Positions 1 to 13,200 of a stretch of DNA of 64,000 nucleotides are shown here, one piece after another (positions within the stretch are counted from its first letter, which is position 1; every line of letters begins with the position of its first letter). This stretch comes from Raillietiella orientalis (taxonomy: Eukaryota), in contig JAYWIR010000021.1 of the NCBI GenBank assembly GCA_036172245.1, forward strand, positions 2,852,001 through 2,916,000, written 5' to 3'. The position numbers were made by a program, and so were the translations under genes. Under the pieces are notes generated by a model. The model was not told where the DNA came from, did no database searches, and saw only the letters and a program-made list of their open reading frames with translations.

Positions 1-1236
1 AAGAAGACTCCTATTTTTGGAAAATTCCACTTTTTTGAGCCAGGAACGGGGGTCTACTGACTGGCAAGCTCTCATTCACGGCTCCTTTTAAACTCTCCCC
101 TGGAGGCAGAAGAGTAAAAGGAGCGACCAGGCATCCAGAGCTCGCCAAGAAGAAAGGTCGGGCCTCGGTGCTGCTCTCGATCATGAAGAGTGACCCAGAC
201 AATGTGCACAGGTAGTAGTCAAGGGAGAGGAAGGGAGGATGCTTTCAGGTGCATCAGTAGGGCCAACGATGGCACAGACGAGACCTCTGGCAACGTGGAT
301 TATGGACCGGAGGAAGCACGGAAAGAACGAGGAGCGGCTCCGTCTTCACCCGGAGCGGCCAGACCGCTCGCGGAGATTGTGACGTGCCTCTCCAGCGGAG
401 AGGGAAAAAATCTATACAGGTCCTGCTTCCCTCGTGATCTTCATCTCATTTCGTCGGCACTCCGAGTTTCCCTCCCCCCCCTTCCGCTCACGATTTCACC
501 AAGAAGGAAGCTGAAAGGACTTCCTGTTAACACCCGATCATTCCGGGAGAGTTGCAAAGACGTCCTTGTCCAACACAGGGCACCACCAAGTCCTGCGTCG
601 TCACGGCATGGAGTTTTGGGAGAACGCGCACTCTCTTAAAGCAGAGCCCCCCACTGGACCTCCTTTCAAACTCCAAGAAAGTCACGATCGAAAAAAATTG
701 CTTAGGAGGAAGTCGCAGTCACGGTGTTTCCCGACTCGGACACGATTTTGCGGCTTTGCGCAAAATCGTGTCCGAGTTCTCGGTCTTCGAGCAGGTGACT
801 CAATAGGAAGCTGTCGCGAAGCCCCCTCAGAAAAGAGCAGCGAGCACCGTTCATCATCAGCAGTCATCGCCTTCTCTCTGGGAAGCCGTAACGCTCCTTT
901 TTCAGCTGCGGCACCACGCGGCAGCGGAAGGTGCAGACATCCGGAGCAGTCTGCTCGAGACGTTCGCCCATCAGTTCGAGACGTCAGCATTTTCCCGAGA
1001 AGATATGGAATATATGCAAGCATCGAGAGCTTTCCTGCTTCGGGTACCGCACGCGGTCCCTGATGGGATCATAGCTTGTTTCAAGAGAACAGCTGTCTTG
1101 GTAAGCTTCCGGAAACAAAGTTCTGGAGATTGGATAGCAGCACAGGGAAGACGAAAATCTCGAGTAAGTCACTCGCGAGATCTGTGCTATGGCTCGAGAA
1201 TTCTTCAACCTTAACAGGAATTGAGCATTCCTCTCA

Positions 1237-1272
1237 CCCCCCCCCCCCTCTCTCTCCCTCTCTCTCTCTCCT
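1237..1272. repeat. poly-C followed by (CT)n microsatellite
   Basis: A C run followed by ctctctctccctctctctctctcct. Confidence 0.85.
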
Positions 1273-4200
1273 CCCTCTTCCTTTTTCGTTAGTCTTCGGA
1301 CGTTCTTCCCACCAAATCCTCTCCAAGCAAGAGAAAAAACAATAACAAGCCGCTCAAGCCCTGGACAGCCAGCGCTGCGGAAATAATCCCTAAGCGCTGG
1401 ATGTCCGTTCGTCAAAAAAGGGATGAAAACTCCCTGAGGAAATCAAAATCCCTATTTGTTTGGACTCTGCAAAAAAGTCCAGGCAAGCCCAGGTTTGCAT
1501 CGTCTAGGAGGCGCCCTACCGGTGCCCAGACCGGTGGCTACAAGAAGGGGAAGCAGACAGAAACGCAAGCTGATTTTTACGCACACAGAACCGGAAATTT
1601 CGTCGGGGAACGTCGTGAAAGCGATCCTGAACGGTCCCGTGACAAAAGGGTTTAAACAGGGCTCAGAAAGTGACGAAAGAGAAAAATCGAGATAGCCCGT
1701 CGCTTCGACTGCAGCCGGTGAAATTTTTATGACTTCTCCATTGGCTGTACCTGAGTCCACTTTCGAAAAACTGGTTTTGTCTCAGAATAAATGCAATTTA
1801 GGAACGAAAGTCCACTTTGATATGGGAACCTGGATAGAAAGGCCAGCGATCAGTGAGCTTCCTCCTTGTACCATTATTCAGTTTCTTTATGCAATCAACA
1901 GCCTGCTTTCTCTCTGCTGGAAACATTAAGACTTTTAGAGATGATTGTCTTCCAGGATAGGGGGAAGAGCACAGCTGGACCTGTGCGCCTTAATCTTCCT
2001 GTGAACGAGTTGAAGATGTGCCGGGAAACGAGTGTGGTCATATTCTCGCCTAATTAGGCGAACGGAAGTAAAGAATAAAGAGCTGAGATTGTCGATTCCA
2101 TGCCAGCGGACGTGCTCCAGCATCATCAAATGCTCAGAAACTCCGGTTGCCTACTTGCGGACCCTAAAAACGTCCAAGTTGCTTCTATTTTCGGATTTAG
2201 GGGAAAGTCAGAATCTCCCTAAATGATGAAGTCACCGTAGCAGATGTAGCAACCTCCTTTCTTCTTCTGGGTGTACAGAAGCCCACAGTGCCTTGCATCC
2301 GAAATCATCAGCTGGTTTGAGTTTCACCACTGCTTCAGTCGAGCTCCACTACTGTTTGGAACGGGGTACATTGGATGGTAATGAGCCCAATGGCATTCGT
2401 CGACCTTCTTTGCGCTGAAATCACACGTGGATATCCATTCTTTCCCGACTGTTGAGGTAGGCCACAGTATATGGGTCCGCTACATTACATCGTCTGGAAT
2501 GCTGCTTCATGGATGAAGTAGGGTAGATTCGAATTTTTGTTTGAAAGTCTGCAGCATTTGAAGCTGACTGTCGCCGGATGCTGGAATCCCGATGAAGCTC
2601 TCAGTTTGAACAACTCCGATCTCCACATCACATGACGCACTGGAATCCTACCTTTTAAGATGGTGCTGCTTAGTCCCTCACATTTGTGATGACCCTCTTA
2701 TAGCTGTTTTGTAGTTGGGAATTTAAATTCCATCCTCTTTTGAAAATGCGGACGGGAAAGCTTCTTTTTTTTTTACGGGGTGGGGGGGGGGGATAACTGC
2801 CCTGTGATGATGGATGCTAGAAACAAGAGAAATGATTAATGCTGGAAATAAGAGAAAGGATTTTGATGCACGTCTCCTTGCAAGGAATTTATGAATTTCC
2901 TACTGTTTCTTCTCCTCCTGAGTGACGGAGGATCGACGGGGAAACTGCTACCTGACTTGGTTGGTCTTCGGACATTTCTCTGACCTGTGAGGAAGACCTT
3001 TTCCTTTCCTTTCTGAGTGCACCACAGCAGTGCGCAGCAGCACAATACTTTTATCCACAAAAGAATGGCGACTGAGGGAAGAAAGCACCGAGATGAAGAA
3101 AGGAAGCAAAATAGCTGCTTGCAAAATTGGATGAGAGCTTCAAGATGGACCAGAATAGAAAAAAAAAAAAAATGTGGGCGTTCTCGTGTTTAGAAGAAAA
3201 GGAAAAAAAATTGCGACCAAGTTTTCGAAACCTGATTCGTACTCGAAAACGGAAGTCTCCATGAAAGTAAAACGCCCACTCAGTTTACACAAAGCATTTT
3301 TCAGGTAAATTTTCGGTTAGATCTGCTTTTATTTGTGTTCTGTCCGGAATTCTTCAGGAATCTGAGGGTATTTCCAGCTAGGGAATGCCGGTCTTCCGCA
3401 TCTTTTTGCAGAGTTATGAAGAGGCATTCGCTTTCAGTCGCGTCACCGTCACTGAGAAGAGGACTGTCCTCTGCCAAGTGGCTGCTCATGCATGGAAAAG
3501 CCGATTATTCGAAAGCAAATATGGATCCTGCTGAGACAGCCTCTCGAGGATTGGTGGCTGCACCAATAAAAGTGTAAACAGTGATGCTGACTTTTGCCAA
3601 AAGCTCGCAGCGACGTCTCGTGCGAGAAGGGGTTCTTTGAACAACAGCTTCCCACATGTTCGGTTCCTCTGCGTAACAGTGTATCCTTCACGAAATCCAC
3701 TTTCCCGAAGACTGTCCTTAATTCAGCTTCAAGAGCGTGGCTGCCTTTCCGAAGACAATCCCAGTTTCCTTTTTTTTTTTTTCGTGAGGAATTGCTCAAG
3801 AGATGTCTTCTCGTTCCTTATGATTCTCAGCTTTCCTGGAGGAGCTGGGCTTTGGGGCCCTCTTTTTCTAATGTTGCAGTGCTGCCTCCGAGATTTCTCT
3901 TTCTTCAGAAATCCTCAGAATTGCCGCCTCACCTCGAAGAACGGATTTGACGGGCCCTTGGCTTCCGAAATTCTTGGAACTAGGAATGAAGAGAACTTGT
4001 TCTCCAGCAAAGTCCAAGTGGTCTTCGACACTCGACACGATAGCGAATTCTTAGGTGGCCGCAAGCATGAATTGGATCGCTTAGCCATATTCCAAGAAAG
4101 AGTCTGTGTGTAGCCTTTTTCCAGATGAATCCAAAAGAACAAGAATGTGTACATGAAAACATATTTATTGTATTTTTTTTCTTCATAGAATTCTACGTTA

Positions 4201-7200
4201 TGGTGATGGATTCATCATTTTCATGCGCTTTGGCAATTCTTCTGTAAGCACTTGAAGTGTCCTTAAAGTGCTCCGTGCAATCAGGACCGCCCTACGGAGA
4301 AAAACGATAATTGCTTGTGACCACGTTATGGTCTCGAGCAAGATGATTCGAATGACTTACTCCACCTGTCTAATCGAAATGCTTCGTTATCATATTTTCA
4401 TCTCGCTTCGACATCTCCATCTCCGTTCTCTCCGTACAAATCAATATGCCTTTGTTACGAAGAGAGCTGCTCTTTGATGAATGAGGAAAATTTTTTTCCA
4501 CACACAACCGCTTTTCGACCTACGTGGATCTTCAGCCGACACAGCTAGAAACGAAATTAACGCCTTATCTTGTTGTCAAGGCTGCGCCGTGGTGGTGGTT
4601 TTCCGTTTCCAAGCGGTCTGAGCACACCAAGGACCTCCTACCGTCGGCATTCTTAATGACCCGCGTTCATGGTGCCCGTGCTTTCTTCTCGCAAAGAGGA
4701 AGTTTTCCAGGACATGGGCTGTTTCAATTTGTAACTGCTCGCACGTCGAAGGGTCCTCTTCCATTCTCACAGAGTTCTTGCAAACATGGTTTGAAGGCAC
4801 CCTTTCATCGAGTTCAAAAATCGAACCCCAAGAAACATGAGAAATAGAGAGAGTCTCTTCTTGAGATGGGGGAAAAAAAAAAAAAAACAGTGGACATTCC
4901 TTATCGAATTACGAGAAATGAGACTGAAATGCAGTTAAAGATACACAAGCAGGATTTTGATGATTCAGAAACATCGCATTTCTTGATTGGTCACACCACG
5001 ACCATGAAAAATGGGCTTTCGCTGTGTTTCCGTATTTTACGTGGACGAGTGTCGCACTGGTCTTGATTTGAATGACGTGACAGCTTCAAGGAGAACCTGA
5101 GATCAAGGACAATTCCTTCCACAGCCGACAGCACCCTCTGAAAATAAATTTTTGCAAAAACCACAGAGAATACTGCTTGTTGACTAGAAGACTAAGCGAT
5201 GGGAGTATGCAGCAAGTCTTAGACGTCTCTCTCTTCCTCTGATTTATGAGCAATAATCCTCCTTTATCTATGGAAAACGAAAATAATACATTAGTAGTTT
5301 AGAAGCACCATAATTAGTCTGCAGAATCGACAGTGGTCACTATTGTACACTTCTTCGGTACCAATTAATTCCATCCTTCAGCTATGTATAGGTTGCTCTG
5401 CCCTTTATCTGCAGAATTGCATGACTGAAGATGCTTATGCAAATCAGCCTTCTCTCAGATATCTTCACGGGAGGAGGAGCTTTGGTGTCTCTCAAACTTA
5501 TCTGCATTGAGAAGTTCCCCAAGAGCTTTCCTGCTGGACTCTCTTCATTCGCTCGCCTCCGAGATAACGAATCTTTGTTCGCTTCCTTCGTCCTTATGGG
5601 CATGGATTGGATTATTCACCTTTTCCTGGATTCGTTCATTTTGCCTGTTGCACCTATCTTCCTGTGGTTACATTTCATCTATTCCATCTAAAAATAATGG
5701 ATCCAATAATTCCTTCTCTTACTGCTTAACTGAGAAACAAACCTTGAGAGAATGGCTAATGAGGACTTTCAAATTTTTTCTTTCTGTTTGAAGATTCGAG
5801 TTGCACCTGCAAAGTGATCCACACAGAAGGAAGTTGCATGCCCCATCTGATGGTTTTGGTTTGCGTTCGCGAAGCTGAGGTATAACCTTGATTCTGCAGC
5901 GACCTTTCTTAGATCATCTTCGAGACATGGTTTCACATCCGTAGCAGGAACTGCTCGGCCATACTGCGCTTTCCTCAATTTGTCTTCCTTACACTGGTCG
6001 TCCTTCCCAGTCATGAGCCACTTACTGAAGAATGAACGGCGTTATACTAGGGAGAGATCTTTTATCTAGCATCTCTCGTTCTTCACCCATTAGGCACTGC
6101 AATCATGATGGTTCCAAAGATATCTAACCCAGAGAGTTGCTGCTCTCCACCCATGAGTCCTCTTACGCATGAATTATCTCACGGATTCTCAACTCAGTTT
6201 TCCAGAGTATCACTCGGTGAAGCACGGACGAAATGCTGAGCCATGGGCGGAAGAAACGAAGACGTTGTAGATGCAGCTAGTAGATTCTTCTGTTGCATTC
6301 CTACCTTTTGGAGTTTTTAGCATTGGATTGGAACCATCCTGCTGAAACGGTTTCATCAATCTCCTGTCCTGATTGGAAGAAATCAAATCTTCTTGTGGTT
6401 TGTGGAAAGAAAGCACAATTCTAGTTTGCTTGTGGCCTAATCTAAAGTCACTTGCTATTGCAGCTAGGTTGTCGGGAATGCATTTTGCGGTGTGTTCCTC
6501 CGTTACCTGTTATGCATAATTCTGTATTCTGCGAAAACTGCAGTGGGAATCTTCACGATCAGCGTTAAGGAATGACGGCGGCTGAGCGGGGAAAGATACG
6601 CATCGAACACGCTGTTGGTGTTGAATAGTGTTCACTTGGAGATTTTCTTCGAATCCTCCGAGAGCTTTAGATTTGGGAGCATGGCTCGATTCAGCTTATC
6701 AGGTTATTCGAGGTCTCCTTTATAGGAAGCAGCTCTTCTTAGGCATGCCCTTCCAAAACAAGGCTAATCGGTCAGCCTACTATTCAAATTCTCCCTTTGT
6801 TTCCTCTTTCAAGCTAGAAGTGCCTTCCAGCTACAGCCTCAGATCTTCCCATGTGATTTTACGTGCTGGAGTGAGGCTTGCAGCACAGAGCTGGAACACT
6901 TTTCCAGCGAAGGAGGTGAAACGTTTTCCTCGACGGTAGCCGGACCTTCCCTCTGGAAAGAAAGAAGTCTTGTAGCAGCCGACGGCAGGCAGAGCTGTAG
7001 CGTGCAGCAAGCCGTGAGTGAAGAAAAATCATACCGAGATCTTGGAGTATGCATGCATCTCTTCCAGGCTCATCGATCTCTTGGCAGGAAAGGAATAAGT
7101 AATGGGGACGGCCGTGCGGAACGACAGTTTGCCCCATCAGAGATTTCCTTCTCCTTGCTTTCGATTTTCTTGATGCTTTAAGTGCTTCCCTGACTTTGGA

Positions 7201-10200
7201 GGACAAATGGAGCTGATCAAAAATCGACGCTGCCTGATATAAAAAAATGAACGGAACTTCACGGGGAGGAATTGAAGATTCTCGTAGTGCTAACGTCCCA
7301 CTGCTGCAGAAGACACGTTGCATCACGTTTCATTAACCTCATCGTAACATAAGGTGCACTTTGCAGCTACAGAGCGCTGAAGGATGCTGAGCTGCTCTCG
7401 AAAACTAGATGCGGAGTGACAAGCAGATCGCCGATTGATGCGTGGAAATGGCGATCCTTGTCTAATGGATTTCCCCTTCTCTTATTCCCGAGTCGTAACG
7501 TACTGCCGCACCGCAGATTCCCAACAGCCCTCCATTTTTGACCGAACGCAAGCACCCGACGACACACTGAGGTTCCTGCGCTGGGCTGGTTGCAGACTGC
7601 TTTTTAACTTTCTTGAAGAGATGCTCGAATACCAAGATGGAGGCCACAGAAGCATGCAAAGAGGCTTCAGGATTGAAAATTGTCGGGATGTTTGGGTCGG
7701 GATGTTTTGAATGAGAGTGTCATGAGCAAACGTCTCAGGTACGGAAGGATGGAAATGAGAGCAGTGCAGCCTGGAACTAGTTCACTCTGGCGTGTCGTCT
7801 ACTTCCGTCCATGAGAATATGGAAAAATCCAGCTTGCAGTTGAATGCTGCTAGGCATGCAAGATGAGGGTGTTTGAATAAGAGTTTCTCGGCTTCACGGC
7901 CACAAGACTGCATGGAAACGCTGATTCTTCTGAGCTACGCCAAGCAAAATCAACACGACCGGACCACAATCCCAGCATTCGAATCACGACTAGACCTATT
8001 TAGGGGAGTCATAGCATGTCCCTGGGATACATCCCATGAATATCAGATCCATTCTGATAAAGATTCGATTTCCTGAAGCGAAGACTCACCTACCTCACTT
8101 TCATTTTGGGGTCGCACTGAAGCTGCATCAGTTTCTTCAGAAAAGTGGCTTTCCAAGGACACCGGGAGGAACGTCGCATAACTAAGATCATCGAAAGCAT
8201 CATTGTATCTGGAAATGCGAAAATTCCGAGTACGAAGCTGTCGTCGCTCTGCTGAGTTTATCTGCGGACTCGTCTTCAGCCATCGCCAACGGATTCCTCC
8301 CTGAAAAGCGTCAGTGCTGGAGGTAGAGATAGGGTAATCTGTGTAACGGTTATTCATTCCAAGCTCAATTTTTTTTTATTATTAATAATGATTTCCTTTT
8401 TTTTTTTTGTTTTTTTTTTTCGAAGAGCAGTAACACGTGATGTGCCTGTCCCTGCGTACGCAGGTGTATGCACGTACGGGTGTACGTACGATATTCATGT
8501 AGAATACGTCGGGATTGCGTTCTATAACAAAACGTCCATATTTGATGGTGTCGCGAAACATTATTATTATTATTTTGGCACATCTCTGCTACTTCCAATT
8601 ATGTATGCGGCTCATGTTAATTTTCGTATGTAGGGCGAATCGTTTTCAACACTCTTCACCGCTTGCGAATGAGAAAACAAAGTACGCAATGATTCGTACA
8701 CAATCACAGGCGTGTTGAATGTGCCCCTGCAGCTTTTTTTTTTTTCTTCTTCTTTGTCTTTTTTTTTTTTTCTTTCTTTCTTTTCCTTTGTTTTTTTCGA
8801 AACAACGCTCGCTGCACGAACTCTCTGAAATGAGAAATCTCGCCGGCATTCAGCAGCCGACTCCAGTTTCTCCGTGAATCGTTTAGCCTTCGCGGCTGAG
8901 ATCGCAAATGTCGCACAAGAGGTGGTCATTTTTGCAACCGCGGCCTGTGGCAAGCGGGAAACGATCTCGGACGTGCTTGCGTGAGCTCCATTGCGAGATG
9001 CTTTTGGTGGGCTGCTTGTGCGAGGAAGCTGAAGGTCCACGCGCTGCTGCCGCAGCATCTCATGGGGGGGGGGATGCAGAGGACCTGAAAGTGAAGCAAC
9101 GGAACGTCGCTTCCGTCACTTCCAGCGTCAGAATGAAGCGTTTTCAAAATGCACAGTCCGTGAAAACGTATTTTCCTCTCTAAACGATCTCTTTGATTCA
9201 CAAGTTGTTACTCTATTCCTTCGAAGGGCCGTTCCCTCTTTAATATGCAATTTATCTGCAAGATGGAAACTCCCTGCAAATAATTGCTCTCTCATTGTTT
9301 CCTGGTGCAGACTCTTCAGCAGAGTCCGTCGTGATAAGAGCTAACAAAGAACGAAAGCACGAGTTAATAATAAAATGGAAGGGGAGCCATCCATTTGCTT
9401 GTCTGAGGAGCTTTCTCATTCGATGGAGTATTGCTTCCGAAAAGTTCCTATGCATTACGTCATTGTCAGCCATCATGTCAGCATCAGCAGCAAGTTACGG
9501 AGCCGTTTCATCTCCCTCCTCGCCATCCCTCTCTCCTCCATACGCATATCAGCTTCCCCGATGCCTGGAAATCTCAGCCATTCGAAAAATTCGAAACCCA
9601 ATGCTAGTGAGTTCTGGAAAAATCCGGCTGTCCCAACGGATGATGTCGAGTGAGACGACTGCATGCATCTCGCCTCCTTCGCGGGAATAAATACCAGAAA
9701 TCGAATTCATCCATCTCCTCACAAGTGATTTCACGCGGCGCTACAGTGGAACGACGGGTCAAGCTTTTCTCCGCATGACAGGTTTCATTAAGAGAAGTGG
9801 GGAGAAGAGATCTTCTCATCCAAGGACGGAATTTTGAGTCGCATCGCTCTGAATTCTTCAAAATGGCGATCGCCGGATGTGTCGTTCATGAAATCACTCG
9901 AACAAGAGCAAGAGGGCACTCGGACGAATCCCTGATTAGCGAACATCAGGAACGGTGAAAACAAAAGAAATTCGAATCTGCTGCGTGCCTTCCCTGTAAA
10001 TCAGCGTCAACAGCGTGACGTCTTCTCCCTCCTGAAGATCTCGATGGCACGTGATTCGAGAATTCGAGTCCTCTCCTATGCATCCTCATTGAAATTTTCG
10101 TCATCGCACACATCCCAGGCAGCTCGTTTCCTGGATGCAAGTTCTGGAACCTCAGCTTCGAACCTCAGGCTGGAAATTACGCTCTCCTTTTTCCTCACAG

Positions 10201-13200
10201 CTAAACGGTGGGACGTGTTCTTTCTTTCCCGAAAGGAAGCGGAACTGCTCCGGGACTTGATGACCCAAGGAAACCCGCGACCCAGTTTTCTGCTCTTTGG
10301 AATCTTTCCTAGAAGAAGCGGCCTGCCGATATTCCACAGGAATTCCACTGCAACTGACGAGAAGTTCCTTCTTCTCGGCAAAGAGACGGTTCTTCGGGAA
10401 GTGGGGTCCCGCGTCTCGCTGAAGCACCCGAGAAAAAAGGGATCCCAGCTTCCCTTTCAGGATGCACAACAAATCTCGTGCATCCTGCTCCTTTGAACTC
10501 CAACTCCTTCGGATGGCCAGTGCCATTGTTTTCATTCGAGTCCTTCCCATATTATCGTCTCATTCCGATCGTGACCATTCATTACATTCTTCGACTCACA
10601 AGGTTGCGTGCTGTTCTGGCAGGAGACTCCGTTGGGAATGCCCCCGAATTCTCTGAGACCATCCCTCGAGACGATGCTCCACACGCCCGCGTCTCGCTAT
10701 TTTTCCCGGATTAGGTGAGTGAGTCGTTTTCTTCAGAGCAGCGTTCGGTCCTTCGCCGCTATCAGAAAATTCGTTTTGATGCGGAGATTTTGTGCACGAG
10801 ATAAATCAGACATCGCTCGCGAAGCGCCGATCCCGAAATGTCCTGAACCACGCGTGCATGACATCTCGGCACAAAACCGGAAGCTTACTTGGCATCCCAA
10901 GAAGAATTGTCGTGCTTGCTTCAAACTGAAAAAGTATATGCCGCGGTCCAAATCTGGGCTGATCGATTATTCCAGCAAAGAGCTATGCGTTACCCCAGAA
11001 AGCTTAATAGCCGCCGCCGTGGGAGAAAACCAACACCCCTTCCTATGCATATTAAGCAGACTTCTTAGCGTCTACCAGCAACACAAGAAGAAATGCAAAA
11101 ACTGCTTTCCGTAGGAGCTGAAGAACAGCGAATGTGCCATATGGAGAGATGAAGATCAAGGGCTCACGGCAACTGCATGGAATATTCTGGCGATATCGGG
11201 AGAAAAAAACGTCTTCTATTGAAGAAAGTGGAGTTTGCAAGGAGTTTCTTCATTTCCCTTCCTGTTCGTGAACTTGAGCTCAGGATGGTTCCTTCTCTGC
11301 TACCTTTCCACTTCAGTGTTCCCACTAGAGGGTACCCTTGACCTTTGATGTACTGATGCTCTTCATCAAATAGGTTTCCGCATCTCATGAGTGAAGAACT
11401 CGTCTTTACAGAAGTGATCTAACCATGGAACTTCCTGTAGATTCTTACTAGATGTCTTGTAAATCGGGGAAAAACTACGTGTGAATAAAAGAGGATGGAT
11501 GGATGACTTTCTGAGGCACCCGTGAGTTTGTCTTATCCAGAAAATCGAAGTTAGGGGAAAGCACGGGATACTTTGTGATCTGAGAGGCTTCAATGTATGG
11601 TACATCGAACCATGACGATGGTTTCAAAGCGTGGATTCCTCTGATCTTGAGCGTAATTTTGCTTCCTTCGATCCGATACAGAGGGGCTCCTGTAGACCAG
11701 ATCACATAAGAGGAAAGCCCTTTAAATAGACAGGAGGATGAAGTTTGTGAAGACGAGTCTTTTCTGGTGCCTTCAAGGTTAATCGCGAGGAAATTCTCTG
11801 AACGTTTTAGAAAACTTAGCTACTGACCGACGAACTGCTGCAGGGAAAGACGAAAAGAAAAACGATCAGCAAAAAAGGAGGGAAACAGTCAGTGTCACTA
11901 AGCATGGGAGTGTGTAAGGAAGAGAGAGAGAATGGTTATTTAAGTGTGTACAAGTCGATCAGCTCAGCATCCAGAGCAAGAAAATCGGACACTCGAATCA
12001 CCATGGCAATGGTTACCACCTATTTCGAATTACTGTATCTCGGAAATCTTCATTCTAACTTACTTGCTTACGAACGTAACCAGTGAAGATGCTATTCATA
12101 GTTCAATGCCCCTCCTCTTAGCATGCTCTCTACATTCTTCTTTGGTGTGTATTCTTACAGTACTTTTTGACTCGGTACTCATTCTTACAGTATTCTGATC
12201 TCGTACTGGAGAGTGGCACACGGATAGATTTCCTATCGATTGTTCTCTTCTCGCTTAGAGTTTACCTTGAGAATGACCTGGAAGAATAGAATTTCAAGGA
12301 GATGGAATTGTTGGCACGCAAATGAGCAACACTGGGATCTGCTCCTCGTTCTCTGTGAGATTGCAGTCCTCTGAATCACAGTTGATTGCTTGAAGAAGAG
12401 CAAAGCGTCTTCTATGGCTGGTCACGTTTCTTCGAATTCGCAGAAATGGCACTGTCAGAGCGTTCTTTCCAAATATTTTTGAGAGCTGGGACGGTGGCGA
12501 GACACATTTCCTCTTTACAGCCAGCTCAGACTTCGCGGAAGTAGCCAAGAAAGAAAACAGTCAGTCAGCGTGCATTGAGAAAAGTTTTCCAGCTTCCAAT
12601 CCTGAGAGTTCACGTGTTGTTCTCTTCATGATGGTCCGTGAACAGATGCCAGCTGCTTCACCCAGTTTGACGCCATTCCAGCTCTTGGCGCTCTTATCAG
12701 AAGATGCTTTTTTCGTTACTGCGTTAAAGTGGAAATTCGGTCTCCTACTCGTTCTTCCTGGACTGCGAAGTCACTTATCACCCACCGAGAATGCTTTCTG
12801 GCTCATCACATATTTATCAATTTCCTCTTCCTCGTTATGTACTTCCACCTGTTACAATGTTTTGTCAGATGCGCAATCCTTCCTTCTCCTTTGTCCCTTG
12901 GCATCTTTGTTTCCAGTCCTTCTTCCCTTTTGAGTCTGAGGATTGCTGATGACTTTTAGGACTCCATGCAAACTGTGCTCCTGCTCACTTGCATTCGGTC
13001 ACTTCCTATCACTGTTTATGTTGTCCATGAAACTCTGTTTGGTGCTAAAGGACATGTCTTGAGAACTGAACGCCATATGAGCTACCACCAACTTTACTTG
13101 ACTGTTGTAGTGAGGCAACGCATCAGATAATGCCGTAAGGTTTATCTCCAAATAATTGCCAATGATTCAAAAGATTCATGGACCCGCCATTCAAGGCTCC